A stretch of 64,000 nt of DNA from Bacillota bacterium. GTDB lineage: Bacteria; Bacillota; SHA-98; Ch115; JABLXJ01. Of the stretch, positions 62,464 to 64,000 are shown one piece after another. Positions within the stretch are counted from its first letter, which is position 1; every line of letters starts with the position of its first letter. Both the position numbers and the translations under genes were made by a program. A model generated the notes under the pieces. That model made no database searches. It had not been told where the DNA came from and saw nothing but the letters and a program-made list of their open reading frames with translations. The stretch spans positions 326,538 to 390,537 of the forward strand of contig JABLXJ010000001.1 in assembly GCA_013178125.1 (NCBI GenBank), read 5' to 3'.

Positions 62464-63190
62464 AACCCCGACGCATTATTGCCCGGGGTGCACACATGGT
62501 ATAGTCCACCGCATCGTGGCCGAGGTCATAGACGAGCTTGGCGTTAGGGAACGGACGGTGGGCGTTGTGCCGGTCGGGTGCGCCGTGTTCGCTTACTACT
62601 ACTTCAATTGCGATATGATCGAGGCCTCACACGGGCGGGCTCCAGCTGTAGCGACTGGTATCAAGAGGGCGCTGCCTGATAGCGTCGTTTTTTCTTACCA
62701 GGGTGATGGTGACCTCGCCTCCATAGGAACCGCGGAGATCGTCCATGCCGCGGCGAGGGGCGAGAATATCTCCGTGATTTTCATTAATAATGCAATCTAC
62801 GGTATGACTGGCGGCCAGATGGCGCCCACCACCCTCCCGGGTCAAAAGACCACGACATCGCCTGCCGGCCGTGATACAAGCAGGGCAGGCTACCCTATAA
62901 GGGTGTGCGAGATGCTCTCCACCCTCGACGGGGCGAGTTACATTGCGCGCGTGAGCTGCACGAGCCCGGCGAATGTCGCAAGGGCGAAACGCGCCGTGAG
63001 GGAGGCCTTTGAGGTGCAGCTGGCCGGGGGCGGTTTCAGCCTGGTCGAGTTCCTCTCGAGCTGCCCGACCAACTGGGGCATGACGCCAATCGAGGCGCTC
63101 AGGTGGATCGATAAGGAGATGTCCGCCTACTACCCGTTAGGGGAATACAAGGTTCCGAAGGTTCCGGAGGAGGCGAGCCAGGGTGGTTGA
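62426..63190 (+). CDS. korB: 2-oxoacid:ferredoxin oxidoreductase beta subunit (TPP-binding)
   Basis: YCPGCTHG and GDGD TPP motif; GTG after RBS gggggag. Confidence 0.85.
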   Translation: MRKVFGRPEALTETPTHYCPGCTHGIVHRIVAEVIDELGVRERTVGVVPVGCAVFAYYYFNCDMIEASHGRAPAVATGIKRALPDSVVFSYQGDGDLASIGTAEIVHAAARGENISVIFINNAIYGMTGGQMAPTTLPGQKTTTSPAGRDTSRAGYPIRVCEMLSTLDGASYIARVSCTSPANVARAKRAVREAFEVQLAGGGFSLVEFLSSCPTNWGMTPIEALRWIDKEMSAYYPLGEYKVPKVPEEASQGG

Positions 63191-63764
63191 GGAAGTGATA
63201 ATCGCAGGCTTCGGCGGTCAGGGCGTGATGGTGATGGGATACCTTCTGGCATATGCCGCGATGAGGGAAGGGAGAAACGTATCCTGGATCCCTTCCTATG
63301 GCCCGGAGATGCGCGGCGGCACTGCCAATTGCAGCGTGGTCATCTCCCCGGACTCGGAGGTTGCCTCGCCGATCGTGAGCGAGCCAACAACCCTTATAGC
63401 AATGAACCGGCCCTCCCTGGACAAGTTTGAGAGAATGCTGGTGCCGGGCGGCCTCCTGGTCGTAAACACCTCCCTGGTGGACAGGGAGCCTGAGCGGCGC
63501 GATATCGATTTGTTGGAGGTTCCAGCAAATGACATCGCCAACGAGCTGGGGAATATGCGCGTCGCCAACATGGTCCTCCTGGGAGCCTTTGTCGCGCGCA
63601 GGGGCTGCGTTGCCCCTGCATCGATAACCGCTTCCCTCGAAAAGGTCCTGCCTCCTCACCATCATAACCTCATACCCCTGAATGAGGAGGCTTTTGCAAA
63701 GGGGGCCACCCTCGCCGGGCGTAGCCGTGGCCTTAGGGCCTCACCAGGCCCTCGTCCCGCGTGA
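63183..63764 (+). CDS. korC: 2-oxoacid:ferredoxin oxidoreductase gamma subunit
   Basis: [15 protein letters not shown] start; RBS ggaggagg. Confidence 0.85.
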   Translation: MVEEVIIAGFGGQGVMVMGYLLAYAAMREGRNVSWIPSYGPEMRGGTANCSVVISPDSEVASPIVSEPTTLIAMNRPSLDKFERMLVPGGLLVVNTSLVDREPERRDIDLLEVPANDIANELGNMRVANMVLLGAFVARRGCVAPASITASLEKVLPPHHHNLIPLNEEAFAKGATLAGRSRGLRASPGPRPA

Positions 63765-64000
63765 GCGGCTGCATGATCCCTATATGGCCGCCTATGGTTT
63801 CAACCTTCTTGCCCTCAATCAGGATTTGAACGCTCGTTATCCCTGGAAACTGGGTGAGGGTATTCACTATGGAGTAGACCATCAACTCCTCGGTGCGGCT
63901 CCCACCGGGGAAGCGTGTTTGTATATCCCTGCTGAAGTTCACATAAGCCGTACGGTCCTTTATGCTTACTCCAAGCACCCTTGTTTCAGCCGGGAGAAGC
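63733..64000 (-). CDS. GerMN-domain (sporulation/germination) protein, C-terminal part; 5' end beyond window
   Basis: Reverse frame open to window end; AYVNFSRD...LMVYSIVNTLTQFPGITSVQILIEGKKVETIGGH resembles GerM-type domain. Confidence 0.45.
   Translation of the reverse strand, partial: LLPAETRVLGVSIKDRTAYVNFSRDIQTRFPGGSRTEELMVYSIVNTLTQFPGITSVQILIEGKKVETIGGHIGIMQPLTRDEGLVRP

Noticed and set aside
63099-63665. Reverse-strand ORF (188 aa) inside korB/korC
   Set aside because: Antisense shadow ORF within a conserved oxidoreductase cluster.

Overview
Window from a GC-rich Gram-positive (Clostridia-like) chromosome, read by eye from the sequence and ORF track; no searches were run and composition statements are visual estimates. 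1-13.8 kb: the late region of a PBSX-like prophage on the + strand (tape measure with lytic transglycosylase domain, LysM protein, baseplate genes, three tail-fibre paralogues, a beta-propeller repeat protein, holin/amidase lysis cassette), interrupted by a LAGLIDADG homing endonuclease gene. 14.1-21.9 kb: a visibly AT-richer LacI-regulated sugar-type ABC transporter operon with a cyclase and an M24 peptidase. 22.3-25.85 kb: a small block of mobile-type DNA (glutamine-synthetase-like amidoligase, small ORFs under a duplicated palindromic promoter, excisionase-like HTH protein, HEAR-repeat XRE protein, dual-XRE regulator) that abuts a 3'-truncated comM/yifB. This block is my best candidate for an undescribed system. 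26-63.8 kb: conserved core genes in Firmicutes-like order (yraN, dprA, smg, topA, trmFO, xerC, hslVU, codY, rpsB-tsf-pyrH-frr, uppS-cdsA, dxr-rseP-ispG, rimP-nusA-ylxR-infB-rbfA-nrnA-truB-ribF-rpsO-pnp, korDABG) with a few small insertions. No rRNA, tRNA or CRISPR array was recognised. Many start codons were re-placed from the ORF track using RBS position and expected N-termini; stops are more reliable than starts.
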